Made by a program: the position numbers and the translations under genes
Part shown: positions 1 to 11,841 of the stretch, piece by piece
How positions within the stretch are numbered: the stretch's first letter is position 1
How the letters are laid out: each line of letters starts with the position of its first letter
NCBI GenBank assembly: GCA_047495785.1
Contig: JBLDXI010000042.1
Coordinates: 3,224,001-3,288,000 of the forward strand
Reading direction: 5' to 3'
Origin: Lepidodermella squamata
Lineage: Eukaryota > Animalia > Gastrotricha
Length of the DNA: 64,000 nucleotides
The notes under the pieces: model-generated
What the model saw: the letters and a program-made list of their open reading frames with translations, nothing else
The model's database searches: none
Told to the model about the DNA's origin: nothing

Positions 1-400
1 AATACTGAGCGTGTATACTGAGTTTTTGCCAACCGGCCCAATGGTACACATTATTTTATAAGGCCGATCGCAGAACAGATGCGAGTTATTTTTCGGGATA
101 CGCCTAAATAAATCTGAATCACATGCGTTGTGAATGTGTTCTAGAGCTGCTACACTTTATGCCAACAGCTTAAAATGTAGTGGGCAAATAAACACACGCC
201 AATTTATCGTCTCATTAGCCGCTATTATTTGTTTGCGAGCGCGTTTTTTGTTATTCTGCCTAGGCCGGTTACGTAAACACCATATGTCCGGCGATTGAGC
301 GGAAAACAAAATTCACCAGCGCGGTTTATACTCACTATAATGATGATGTATTATACCAGACTACAGAATATTATTCCAGCAAACAATAAATATTGATTAC

Positions 401-2107
401 CTCTTCAAACGAAGCGCAAATGGCCTCTTCGGTGCGCTGGCCGGCCTCTTCAAGCCGTTTTATCTCCTCGCGGACCGAATCGGCGGCCGAGTCGAGCGAC
501 GACTGGCACAGCCGCGCCTTGTACTGCACGATCTCCGACATGCGTTTGAGGGCGACCGAGAACGGCACCACCGTGTGCCCAGCTGCGCCGCGGCCCGCGT
601 GCAGCGCCGCCGCGTGCGCGTCCGTCAGGGTCGCGGCCTTTGAAACGGCCGCGTTTTCCGAACACGAATTGCAAAATACGGTATCACAGGTTTCGCAGAA
701 GAACAGTTCTTGAGACGGATGCTGTGCACAACGAGGCACCCTAAAGAAAAACATTCATTTCCGGATGAAAATTCATCAAAATCGGGAAAAATCGATAGAA
801 ATTACCAGTCTTTTCTCTGAGATGTCAACAGATCGAGCAGTTGATTGACAATAAAACTCGGAGGCAGCGTTCCCACGCCGCCGCGAGGCACCGTTATTGA
901 TTCTCGACAAATCGGGCAGCGAAAAGTACCGGCTTCAGATAGCTAAACAAAGAAAACAAATTTAAAAGAAGAGAAAATTGTTTTTTTTTAATTTCTTCAA
1001 TTTTAACAGGAATATCTCACAGCGGGACCAAATTTTTAAATTTTATGACTAAAACTAGAATTTCTGAAATTTCTTAGAAACTGGAACCTCTTGTTTTTGA
1101 TCACTTAAATTAAAATTTGGTTCTGCTGGAAATTTCATTCCATTTTTGAGTTTTACCGGTACACTTTTTTAATACCATCACAAAGCCGCAGGAGGACGAA
1201 AATTATATTTAGTCATATTTGGTCATATTTTGTCGTATGTCTTAGTTGCAGAACACTGGCACGTGCTACTAAGACATACGACAAAATATGAAGACATGAC
1301 CTAATTTCAATTGTAATTCATCTTGATAACTGGCAAGATCTGATAGCTCAGTTTTGTTTACTAGGCTGATTAATATCAGTGTATCAAATTTGCGTCATTT
1401 CCGTCATATTACAACGGCGTAAAAGCTGCGTAGCGCAGGTTGAAACTTGAGCGACAGCCCATCGTCAAATAAAGGTATCAAATGTTTTGATATCATTAAG
1501 GCGGCTGCCGGATAATAGGCCGACCGCCGATCCATAGCATCAAGCCCCACGAACACCCTGGTCAAAAATACTGGGTAAATATAGGTAGGCACTACTACTA
1601 CGACCAAGCATGATAATAACCGCTTCGATCGTGTCAACACGGCCAAGCCAACGCACTAAAAGCCTTCGCACCCTGTTACGAGGCATGATGACGATGGCCT
1701 GTGCCTTCAATTACGCGCAAATATACACGTGTAATTTACAGAAAGCTTCCTGTTGTAATGCCGCGTTACCAAAAATTACTCTCGTGCACCTGCGGCGGCG
1801 GGTGGGTCAACGAAAATGCCAGCCAAGTTACGTACCTGAGATTGGACGATTTTCTCTAGGCAACTGCGACACACCGTGTGCGAACATGACAGCAATTTCG
1901 GGGTCCGTTCCGAAGTGTCGTACCTAGGGGGAAAATAACAATTGAATAAGCAAATAAAACAATTAAGTAGGATTTTTGCAATTCTAAAATTTCAAATTTT
2001 AAGCGAAATTGCAATACTTACATGCAGAGGCAAGTTGCACACGTAAGGAACGAATCGCTGAAGTCCTCGCAGTTGATCGACACCATTTCGACGAGGGTCG
2101 ACGCCAT
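401..2107 (-). CDS. TRIM-family RING + B-box + coiled-coil protein (TRIM2/3 / nematode NHL-3-like), 5' exons; gene continues beyond the window start
   Basis: Manually spliced exons (~2107-2022, 1923-1836, ~942-806, ~740-401) read MASTLVEMVSINCEDFSDSFLTCATCLCMYDTSERTPKLLSCSHTVCRSCLEKIVQSQLSEAGTFRCPICRE...PPSFIVNQLLDL (C3HC4 RING), then CAQHPSQELFFCETCDTVFCNSC (B-box) and a coiled coil; GT-AG introns. Confidence 0.85.
1223..1291. repeat. Perfect 24-bp inverted repeat (hairpin) in a TRIM intron
   Basis: tcatattttgtcgtatgtcttagt (1223-1246) is the exact reverse complement of actaagacatacgacaaaatatga (1268-1291). Confidence 0.9.
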
Positions 2108-5100
2108 TTTAACAACCACCGAGTGCTTGTTTTTGGCTCAACAAAAATGCCTCAACATGGTGTTCGCGGCGCGTAAGTAGCAGCCAGCAACGGATTAGTA
2201 ATGAAAATTACAAATCTACACGTGAAAAAATACAGAAGATTATAATATTTTAGAGTGGTGTGTTTTTAAATGAGAAAAATTTGCGGGTCTTTGGGGAAAT
2301 TGTTTAAGGAGCAGCTGGTTACACAGGAATTTCGACTAATAACCTACGGCTGACCTCGTCAGCGATAAGTCATCGTGGCATGCGACTGCGAAATTAGCCT
2401 CAGACCGCCGAAAAATGAGTTTTGAAATATTATTGTATTATATCACCACTGAAGTAGCCGAAGTAGTGGATATTTGCGGCTCGGGCTGACACTCTACTGA
2501 TAAATAAGTATTATATATGTATAAGCGGGCGAGGGGCAAAATCGATAAAATATTGTGCGGAAAGATCGCACGTGGAGATTTTGTGCCAACAAGCCAATGA
2601 GTGGCTGGCAAGCGACGACAAAACACGGCGTCCCCAAAGCCAGTCACGAATAATAGGAATAATAACAACAATAAATATATGAGAGAAGACATGTAGCGAG
2701 CGCGCTTTTATTGATTTGATAGCCGCGGAGTTAAAATCTCGCACGCGCGCTGAAAAACAACAATTAGTTTCGCTGCATTGCAAAGAAAAACTCCACCTTA
2801 AAACGCGCCAGGAAATTATTAATGGGCGCGAGTTTTGCGATGAAGCGTGCGCTGGACAAAGATCCTTCCGGGCGAATCCTAGCGCTGTCGTCCCAAGTGA
2901 CCGCGGCGACGAGAAGACGGGTAAACAAGAGACGATGAATAAAGGGTCTGTTTGATACAAAGTGAATGAGAGAGAGCAGAAAAAAGCGGCGAGTGTTGGC
3001 CAAGCAATACACGGCAAATAGCTGCGGCATCTGCTGTATCATCCCTGGTAGCTCAAGTTAAGTGTATTTAGGTATCCACCCACTCGAACGGCGCTTCTTC
3101 GCACGGGCAAATAAAAGTGAAAACGGGTAAACAACGTGTGACATAGCAGCAGCAGCAGCCACCTTAATGAAAAATGGCAGGCGTATCGATCTGCATGTCG
3201 TGCCACAGAAACATTAAGGGTAAACATATACATAGAAGGTATGTTGTTGTTAATATTAATAATAATGTGAACGGACGAGTGAAAATGAACAGAAATTACG
3301 GGAGCCGAAAGCAGTTGCAGAACGGCCGAACCAACAACAACAACCACGCCTCGCCCATTTCACGTTTGTTATCATAATCTCCAGGTTCTGCCTTGGCTAC
3401 GTCGACTAGCGCAATAAAATTACAACATGTCGGAGTAATAATAAATGGCGGCATATGCTTAACAACGTAATCTTACATTCATTTATCGAAGTGAACCGGG
3501 AGATAATCGACCCACTGATTTCTCGACGTCAGATAAAAGCAGCGACTACCTCAACAGCTGACCAGTAATAAAAAAGCGGAAATGGCACGTAGAGACGAAG
3601 ATTCATTTGTACCTATGTGCATACTACTCAAGAGCTAAATAGCACATTGGTGCCAAATAATGCAAAACCCAACGTAATGGCGTTATAATAAAACAATAAT
3701 ACCATTATAAAGCGAAATGCACTCTCTTTCTCTCCGCGCTACAACCAAGGTGCGAAAAAGATCTTCCATCCTGTGCGCCAAACACAATAGATGGAAGAAG
3801 TCGCCGGATTTAGCCGAGGCGTGACATCGGTTCAACTAACGTGCCTGGATGTGTCCCGCGCCGCGCACAAAAGAGGCGTCATCGTCGTCATTTTTCAGCG
3901 GCCACTTTCAACGACCAGATCTGTTACACTGGCATAGTAAACACAGACTGGGTCGGTATATCTTCATCAGCGGCGAAACACCAGCACGCGATGAACAATG
4001 GAAAAATTGTTATCAGAAAAGCAATGGCATAATGTGCTGGATAATAAAGCAAGATTTAAAAATTAAGCGCTGCATTAAAAAAATTACGCCAAATGTGTGT
4101 GCTAGAAGGTTAAACCAGCTCTGACCTAAAAGAAATAAAAATGAATGTGCGGGTTAAATGCTTAATGAAATGATAAATAACCACAGTTAGCAGTCAATAT
4201 CTCAAAAATGTGAAGCCTCTGTTAACAGGCCCACTAAACTCTGAATGAAAAATAGATCGATTGACGATTTAACTCGGCCAAAAATACGTAAAAGCTTGAT
4301 AAATTCAAATGGATTCGGTAATTACGCGATTGGAATGTGGAGATATGCATGAGGCGCTGAATATGATTCGATAGCAGCTTAGGTAGATTTGAGATTTGTT
4401 TAGCACACAATTACAGCAAAAATTGCGAGCGGAAAGCAATCCGGGTTATCGACTGCTTCCTAAAATAACGCAAAAGTGTTCAGTTAGCTTGGAGCTTAAA
4501 TTCAACTGGGGAATATGGTAGAGAAGAAGCACAACTTATCAAGAAGTCCTAATGAATTAAAAATGCATTACTAATAAATTCAACTTGATGCATCTCAAAG
4601 CATCAAAGAACAAAGACAAGTTTCAAAAGCTTAATCATATTTAATGACATTTGATTCCAAGTGGTGTCACATGCATTCCTGAAACAGTGAATCGTTATTC
4701 CCACGAAACAACCGCAGAGCGCAAACTAGATAACAAGTTACCAGCAGCGCATCCAGCAGGTATGAGGTATGAGGTATGAGAGCCAAAGCAATCTCATCAA
4801 CCGCTAACCTATCAAGTCAAATACAAACAGCAATTTGCAGCTTTCAAGTTTCCAAGAACATTTACTGCTACGAGTAGCTGCTCTCTGCTCTACACGCCTG
4901 TCGCCATAGACCATGGACATTATTATGCAGACACTTGGACTCGTGGCTATGAAAGTAAAACAGTTACTTATTTCCACTGCACCTCTTTGATTCTTTGATA
5001 GATTAAATCCAAGTAAAAAAAGCAAAATGAGAGATGAATACGTCTGAGGAGAATGCAAAAAAGAGGAAACGGATTTCCACAGCTTCTATCTCTCTTTGTC

Positions 5101-5944
5101 CTCTCTTTGTGCAATCCACGAGCAAGTTGCAAAGCTACACGTTTCATACAATAAGACCATGAAACGAGCAAGTAAACACTGGGTGCGAGCGCGACAAGTC
5201 GCATTGTAAGGGTTCAAATTTCGAGTTATACGCCCAAATTTAACATCTGCCAACAGGCTCTTTCTCATTAAGTAATGATTTATTGATATCTCATCATTGA
5301 AGCATGTCGAACGTCCAATGTCCATCAACGATTGTTATCGAAGACCTTTGTTAATTAGCGATTTCTAAGTATTGAGCCTATACTATAAGAGACAGGATTA
5401 AGATAGACGGCAGACTACGACACAAACCCACGACATACGACAAGGAACAAAGAGGCGCAAGGATCAAGAACAAGAGCCGAGTCGACGATGAGCCCAAAAG
5501 AAAAGATCAAGGAACTTGGCCACAACGGCTGACTTGACTTTTCTTGCAAAAAGAAATTTCTTTTACCAAATCCCAAGATTAAATAGCATGAATCGCTGTT
5601 GCCATTCTGCGAAAATTATATTTGGTAAATATAATTGAAGAAAAAAGCGATGCTAATTCGGCGAGTCACGCGGGCTTTTTTGCCGGTCATCGCGACGGCG
5701 ATATTTCGCGCTTGGCACCATCTCACGCGACTATACAGCCTATACAATACGCAGCGACTCAGCTACCTTGAAGTTCTGTCGCTGAAGATTTGCTTATAGT
5801 TTCATACTTTAGTAATACTTGTCACTTGCTTCGTTTTGCCACAAGATTCATCACATCTGAGTTTCAGATTCTTTTTTCCTGATTACATTCATTTTCTCAG
5901 CGGTTTTGGGTTTCTTCTGTATAGAGTTCCGCTTTAAATTAACG

Positions 5945-6648
5945 ATGCCAGCGAAGCGATTTACCAAGGAGGAAGAGCAGCTTCTTCAAAACTTCAGCCG
6001 CCACACTACCACGAAGTCTGCGGCCGTTTTCTACGTCTATGCTTTTTTTGTATCTCTGACTCCACTTTGTAAGCTATTAGCTATGCTCTTTTCTCTTGGA
6101 AATTAATGTATGTTCGTAGGGCTATTTTGGCGCATGTACGAAGTTGACCCCTGGTCCAACCCAATCCTTGTTGCCGTCGAAGTTGCTCTCGTTACCGGTT
6201 TGGGAACCTTCCTCATCTCGATGGCCTACAAGAATTTCAAGTTCGTACTCAAGCACCGCTTCGCTCTTAAGATTGAGGATTCCGTCACTCGCGAAGTTAA
6301 CAAGTTGGGTGACAAGGTAGCCAAGAAAGACAAGGACGACAAGTGAGTTACGGATTTAACAACAGTTGCAATTTACTATTCAAAAATTTACCTACAGAAT
6401 TCTTAGCAAGAAGCACGAGGTTTCTGATTTCCTCGCCGAGAACTATTCCATCTTCTTTGCCAACGTTTTCTTCGTTTTCATGATGCTGGTGCTTGCTATC
6501 GTCATGGGCAACTTCAACCCCTACGTGTATGTTTCCAGCTTTAATTAATTTTACTTAATTCTATACTAAACTATTTTGCAGGAGCTACGCTCTCGCTGTC
6601 AGCGGAGCTGCTGGCCTTACTGCCTTCATCTCGACCTCTGGCCAGTAA
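5945..6648 (+). CDS. SSR3: Translocon-associated protein subunit gamma (TRAP-gamma), 4 exons
   Basis: MPAKRFTKEEEQLLQNFSR..., LFWRMY, ISMAYKNFKFVLKHR...EDSVTREV, RILSKKHEVSDFLAENYSIFFAN match TRAP-gamma motifs; exons ~5945-6068, 6120-6342, 6399-6525, 6582-6648. Confidence 0.92.
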
Positions 6649-6878
6649 ACAGCTGCACGCCAATAGTTTCGATGATAACAGTCTTGTCCGCTAACGTATT
6701 CTTACGAGACTTGAAAACTTTGTTTCGACATTCCGTATTGCGCACGCACCATCTCGTGCTTCTGTTGTGTTGCTATCATTGACCTCTGTGGCGTTGGACG
6801 GAATAAAAGTAACATTATTCGACCCAAATCAAACGAACGCTTTTTGTCATAGAATTTAATGTTGATGATGAATTGGAC

Positions 6879-7884
6879 ATGAGCTTTTCAAGGGTTGCCC
6901 AGGTTTGATTAGTTGCGGGTGATGACAAATAAGTTCTATTCTAGCCTTCCGTAGCTCGATGCCATATCGTTGAATGGCGAAATCGGGAAGTTATTCGGCG
7001 ATAATGCTGTAAATGTTGTTCGAAATTTTACGGGAGCTCGCTATGATCTTGACAAAGAAGTGTCAGCGATTACAAAATTTGGCATCAATATCGTAAAATA
7101 TTCATGATTTACAAGAAAAATTCAGCAAATGTATTTTTCAAAGCTTCACATGATCAAGTTTGGAGTGACACCCGGCGCTGGATTATTCGGTTTGTATTGT
7201 AAGGACAACGATGGCGCGGATAGTTATCTGAAGGCTCGAATACTCGGCTGTTCTGTCTTGTTTTGTTCGATATCTTACCTCAAATCCCGAAATTTATTTC
7301 AGGTGATGATTTAATACATGCCTAATTAGTAGCTTGAAAGATATGTTTCGCAGCGTTTAACTAAGCTCTCCGATCTGGTGATAGTGTTGAACTTCGTTGC
7401 GTTTTTGGCCAATGGAGTGTACCCTTCCTTTTCCGATCGCATTTTCAACTTGAGGTTATACAGTCAAACAGGTCCTAGTGAAAGCAGCTCAATGGAAGGA
7501 CAACATCGGGAGCTTCTATTTCATTTAATTATGGAAACGCTTGATACTGTCAACCGGGTCAATCTCAATGCTGTTACCGGAGGCCTTGTACCGAAGCAAT
7601 TTCTATCAAAATTTTTGAAAAATTGGTTCTCAACATCGGAAAATGATGCGGCTAGTGAATATTTGTGCGTTTCTTGCAAACAAACGCCTATTAATGCAGT
7701 CAGGGGCGGCTTCAGTGCCAAAATGACCGGCAATAACAGAGTTTCGAACGACTTTTGCAACTGTTTTTACTGTTACTCGTGTTTTTCAACTTCGGTTGGT
7801 GCTGATTTGGAAGAAAAATGGGAGTCAATTCTCTGCTCAAGATGTGACAAACACTTTCCTCTACCTGGGACTTCGTATTTATGA
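6879..7884 (+). CDS. PEX2: Peroxisome biogenesis factor 2 (RING peroxin), multi-exon
   Basis: N-terminus MSFSRVAQ|LDAISLN (RVxQLDA motif), LNFVAFLANGVYPSFSDRIF, HRELLFH and a C-terminal RING CVSC...CNCFYCYSC...CSRC. Confidence 0.75.
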
Positions 7885-7930
7885 CGAAACGTTCATTTTG
7901 ATTTATTGGATTCATGAAATTTGAAATAAA

Positions 7931-8293
7931 CTAAGAATGTGAGACCGAGCGTCCTTGAATTAGCGATGCGACTTTTTGCACGTTGTAATTGTCGAATTTC
8001 CCGGATTCGAACAGGTAGACGAGGAGGCCGGTTACCCAGCAAATCGTGAGGATGAATGATAGGCAACTGAGGGTGATGGAAATTTCGTATCTCCTTGGGT
8101 TGCTTTTTGAGGAAGGCAAAGCTGCCAGAATGATGGCAGGAATGACGAGGGGCAAGAACCAAGTTGTAACTAAAGCGATTGCGGCTATAGTCAACGACAA
8201 AAATTGAATGAAAACTGCTTTTCGCTCCGGTTCACAATCCATTTGAATTTCCATTGAAGATTCGGGCGTAACAATATCTAAACTCAGCTCCAT
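7931..8293 (-). CDS. Small two-hydrophobic-segment membrane protein, possibly CD225/dispanin-like
   Basis: 120-aa ATG ORF with two hydrophobic stretches (FLSLTIAAIALVTTWFLPLVIPAIILA; ISITLSCLSFILTICWVTGLLVYLF); convergent with PEX2. Confidence 0.5.
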   Translation of the reverse strand: MELSLDIVTPESSMEIQMDCEPERKAVFIQFLSLTIAAIALVTTWFLPLVIPAIILAALPSSKSNPRRYEISITLSCLSFILTICWVTGLLVYLFESGKFDNYNVQKVASLIQGRSVSHS

Positions 8294-8988
8294 TTTATCG
8301 AAATCAAAAGGCAGTGGTCTCGAACAGATTAGTTAAACAGTTTAAATTACTTGAAATCAAAGCTAGAATAATAAAATGCTCAAATAATTGAAATATCCTG
8401 TCGCGAAAATTAAAGCAAGGCAATACGAGCGAACTGGAATCTTAAGCTGGGTTAGCTTCAAATAATCGGTAGTGTGATTCTTCAATTTGCATATACCTAA
8501 AGGTTGTTGTAACTGTATTGAAGCAGCAGAGGCTCTCTAGGAAGCGAAAATGATAGTATGATGAATGGTGAAGAGTATTGTTGGCATATAATCTTGGAGG
8601 ATTTTGAGCTTTGCCGTGAGTTAGCGGCGAGCTTTAATCTCACGTTGACACTAATTATAGGCGCTTGAACCACCTACGCAGGGCACGGGTAGTGGATCAT
8701 TTCAACGTAAGGTGTTGTTGACTGCCTGTACACTCACCTATCGTGATACCTATAGCTTGCAACTAGATTCTTTTTTACAAATTTATAGGTACCAAAAACC
8801 TATCTAAATGAGATAAATTGCTTCTTTATTCGTATTGAAAAATGTCGAAATAAGCACACAATAAATTACCAAATACTATATCTAAATTTTGATAGAAATC
8901 GAAACGAATCGGCGTAAAGCATTTGAAAATCATGATGTATAAGGAACCGGGATATGTTAAGTCAGTTTAAATTGAAAATCGCATAATT

Positions 8989-10725
8989 TCACTTTTTGGC
9001 TTCTTGGCTGTAATATGGCGATAGCAACTTGATGACTTCGTCATGGCCGCCATTCTTGGCATCATCAAGCGGAGTTCCGCCAAAACGATCTTTCGGCTTC
9101 GGGTTCACCTTGCACTCCTTCAGCAAGAACTGAACGACCTCCGGATGATTTTCAGCCGCCGCTAAATGCAGCGCCGTTCGACCGTCGTAGTCCGGCTGGT
9201 TCATAATCTCGCTGCCGTACTTGTTGAAGAATCGCCGCAGGGCCGAAACATCACCGGCAGATGCGTTCGTCAACAACGCAACCGTCTCAGCGGCCTTGTT
9301 GGCAATCTCCGTACGACGCGGGTCCATTTTCAGCTTCGAATGCATCAACGCATCGTAGTTGTGAAAATTGAACAAGCGGACAAGCTCTTCACAGAATTCG
9401 ACGCCGCGGACAGAGTTACCAGATTCGTCAAGCGGCGGCGACCAAGTTGCAATGCCCATAACATTGGGAACAACGAGTAGAACAATACCGGAAACGCCGG
9501 ATTTAGCCGGAAGGCCAACTTTGAACGCAAACTGGCCGGAGTAGTCATACATTCCGCAGGAATACATCAGTGATAACGTGTTGCAAACGGCTTCTCCCTT
9601 CAGGACTTGATCGTCTGTCAACGGGCAGAACCCTCCGTTGGCCAACGTTGCGGCGATAACCGAAGCCGACTCAGCAGTGACTTCGACGGAGCAAAGTTGG
9701 AAGTAAAGGTCAAGAGTGTCGTTCAGCTTAGCTTCACTTGGGAAAACGTTGTTTTCTTTCATGTAGTAAGCAAGGGCGAAGTTTCGATCAGCAGTTTCTC
9801 GTTCGGATAAAAATGTTGGATTGCTGAACCCAACAAACTCGCCGCCTGCCATTCTTTGATACATTTTTTGGACTGAAAAGCAACAAACTTTTATATTTAA
9901 TCCTATAAAATATGAGAATTTGTCTTACCGAAATCGAATCTATCAGCCATATGTAGTTCTGTTTTGAGTAACGAAGCCGTGGCAATAGCACCAGAGTTGA
10001 TCATAGGATTATGGGGAAGGTTTTTCGAGTCCAAGGTTAGGGCATTGAAAGAGCGACCACTCGGCTCTTGGCCGACGTGGGAGTGAACTTTGTCAGTGTT
10101 GGAGCCATCCAGCGCGATAGCGTAGTTCAAAGCCTTGCTGGTTGATTGAACGCAAAATGGCACCTGCGTGTCTCCGACCGAGAATCGCTGCCCATCGATT
10201 GTGCATATCGAAACGCCCCAATATTTAGGGCTGAACCGCTTCAATTGAGGTATGTAATCAGCAACCTTGCCGCCGTCGTTAGGCTTGCAGGTTTCATAGA
10301 TTTTTGTGATAAGAGCTGAGAATCGGTCGAACTCGGGGATGACCAAATCTCCGGTCAGAGCACGGAAGATGATTTCTTCGTTCTCTTTCACGCAGTCGTG
10401 AAATTCTTCCTTCGTCAGCTGAACGGCGTCGTAGAGGAAGATTTCATCGTCCTCTCCTTCCGCTAACGAAGATGCAGTGTAAGCCGATAGCTTCCTAAAG
10501 AAACCTCTGAGTCTAGGATCAGACCCTCTGAGGCCGCTTTGAAATAAGATCTATAGGCGAGAAATGTTAATAAATGTAATTGTTAATAAGACTAAACCTT
10601 ACCTTGAGGAAACGGCTCATGGGCACCGATCCAGTTTTGTCATTTTTCATGACAATGTAAAGCCTCTCGAACTTCTCCTCGAATGAGCTTTCTTTCATCG
10701 GAGTGATTGCAGGTTTCGGTGTCAT
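8989..10725 (-). CDS. GLS: Glutaminase paralogue 1 (EF-hand-like N-domain, glutaminase domain, ankyrin repeats), 3 exons
   Basis: [19 protein letters not shown] (SxxK), [36 protein letters not shown], ankyrin [14 protein letters not shown]; first exon [23 protein letters not shown]. Confidence 0.93.
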
Positions 10726-11841
10726 TATTGCAGCAGAAATACGATTGAGGTTTTCAAATAATGAAGCTTTGCTGAACTGTGGTTTTAAATCCGGGTGTTA
10801 CAAATGTAAAAAAATTATATCTGGTTTCAGCTGCTGCCTGTTAGCAGTCCATATATAAGCGCTCTTCGCGCACACGTACGTAATGATCATAACCCGTTTT
10901 TTCCTTACCTGTGTATGCGTCACGCGTTTTTTGTGCTTGAGGTAAAAAAACGTGAATTGTCTTGGTTAAAGGCCGGCGCGTAACACCCCACTACTTAACC
11001 CACTAGAGAAGAAGGAAAAACTAATTACGAAACGTTCAGAAACGCCGGTTCCACGCAGAGTGGTCATAGGGATTACACGCGGAAAGACCGAGCTGGCCGT
11101 TGTTCAAGAAACGGCCTTTGACTACGTCATTTTTCATCTGGCGAAATGAAGATTATCATGCGAAAAATATTGGCCTTACACATAGGTTATGAGATAATCA
11201 TCATAACTTCACCACACCAGTTGAAATAATGCAATATTTCTTAAGTTCAACTTACCGTCTTGAGAAGCGAAACGTGGTTTATAATTCGCCTAATTGGCCA
11301 TTTCGACCAAATTGAAGGCTGGTCTGATTTAGCAATCGTTTTATTGTTGCTGGAATCACTCATGCGTCAAAGTTTTGGTCTAACATCCTATGCGATATTT
11401 CTATTCCTTATAAGAAGATTTTGCTATTCTGGCTGGTGATTCCTTTGGGATTTGCGGCTAAAATTACAGCTGAATATGTACCAAATGTCAAAATTATTCA
11501 TTATGATATGCTATAAAAAGAGGGGTCACGAAATCTCAAAAGTTATTCCCAAAGTCACTGCTAGCTGGTACGAACCTTAACCCGAAAAAATCGTTCATCT
11601 ACCTTTCAATCGGAAATTGCCGAAAAGATCAAAGGTCAAAATTACAACAAAAAACAATCATTGCAGAGATATACTTTCCATTTATTTTACCGACGTTTTT
11701 CAATGGTCATAATTGGGGCTAATTATACATATCATATAACTGAGAAAAGAAATGATTTTTTTGCAACAGAGGTATTCAATATTTTTTTATATCATGGTAC
11801 CACAAGGATTATTCCACCGCATAATTATAACAGCTGCGTTT

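Noticed and set aside
2400-5600. Many 60-170 aa ORFs, a short (GGTATGA)x3 repeat near 4759 and a ~50-codon open frame near 5385-5538
   Set aside because: No recognisable domains or consistent exon structure; treated as the TRIM/SSR3 upstream region
8300-8800. Possible SL RNA or U7 snRNA gene in the GC-richer spacer
   Set aside because: No convincing combination of donor, Sm site and hairpins, and no complement to the histone downstream element found by eye
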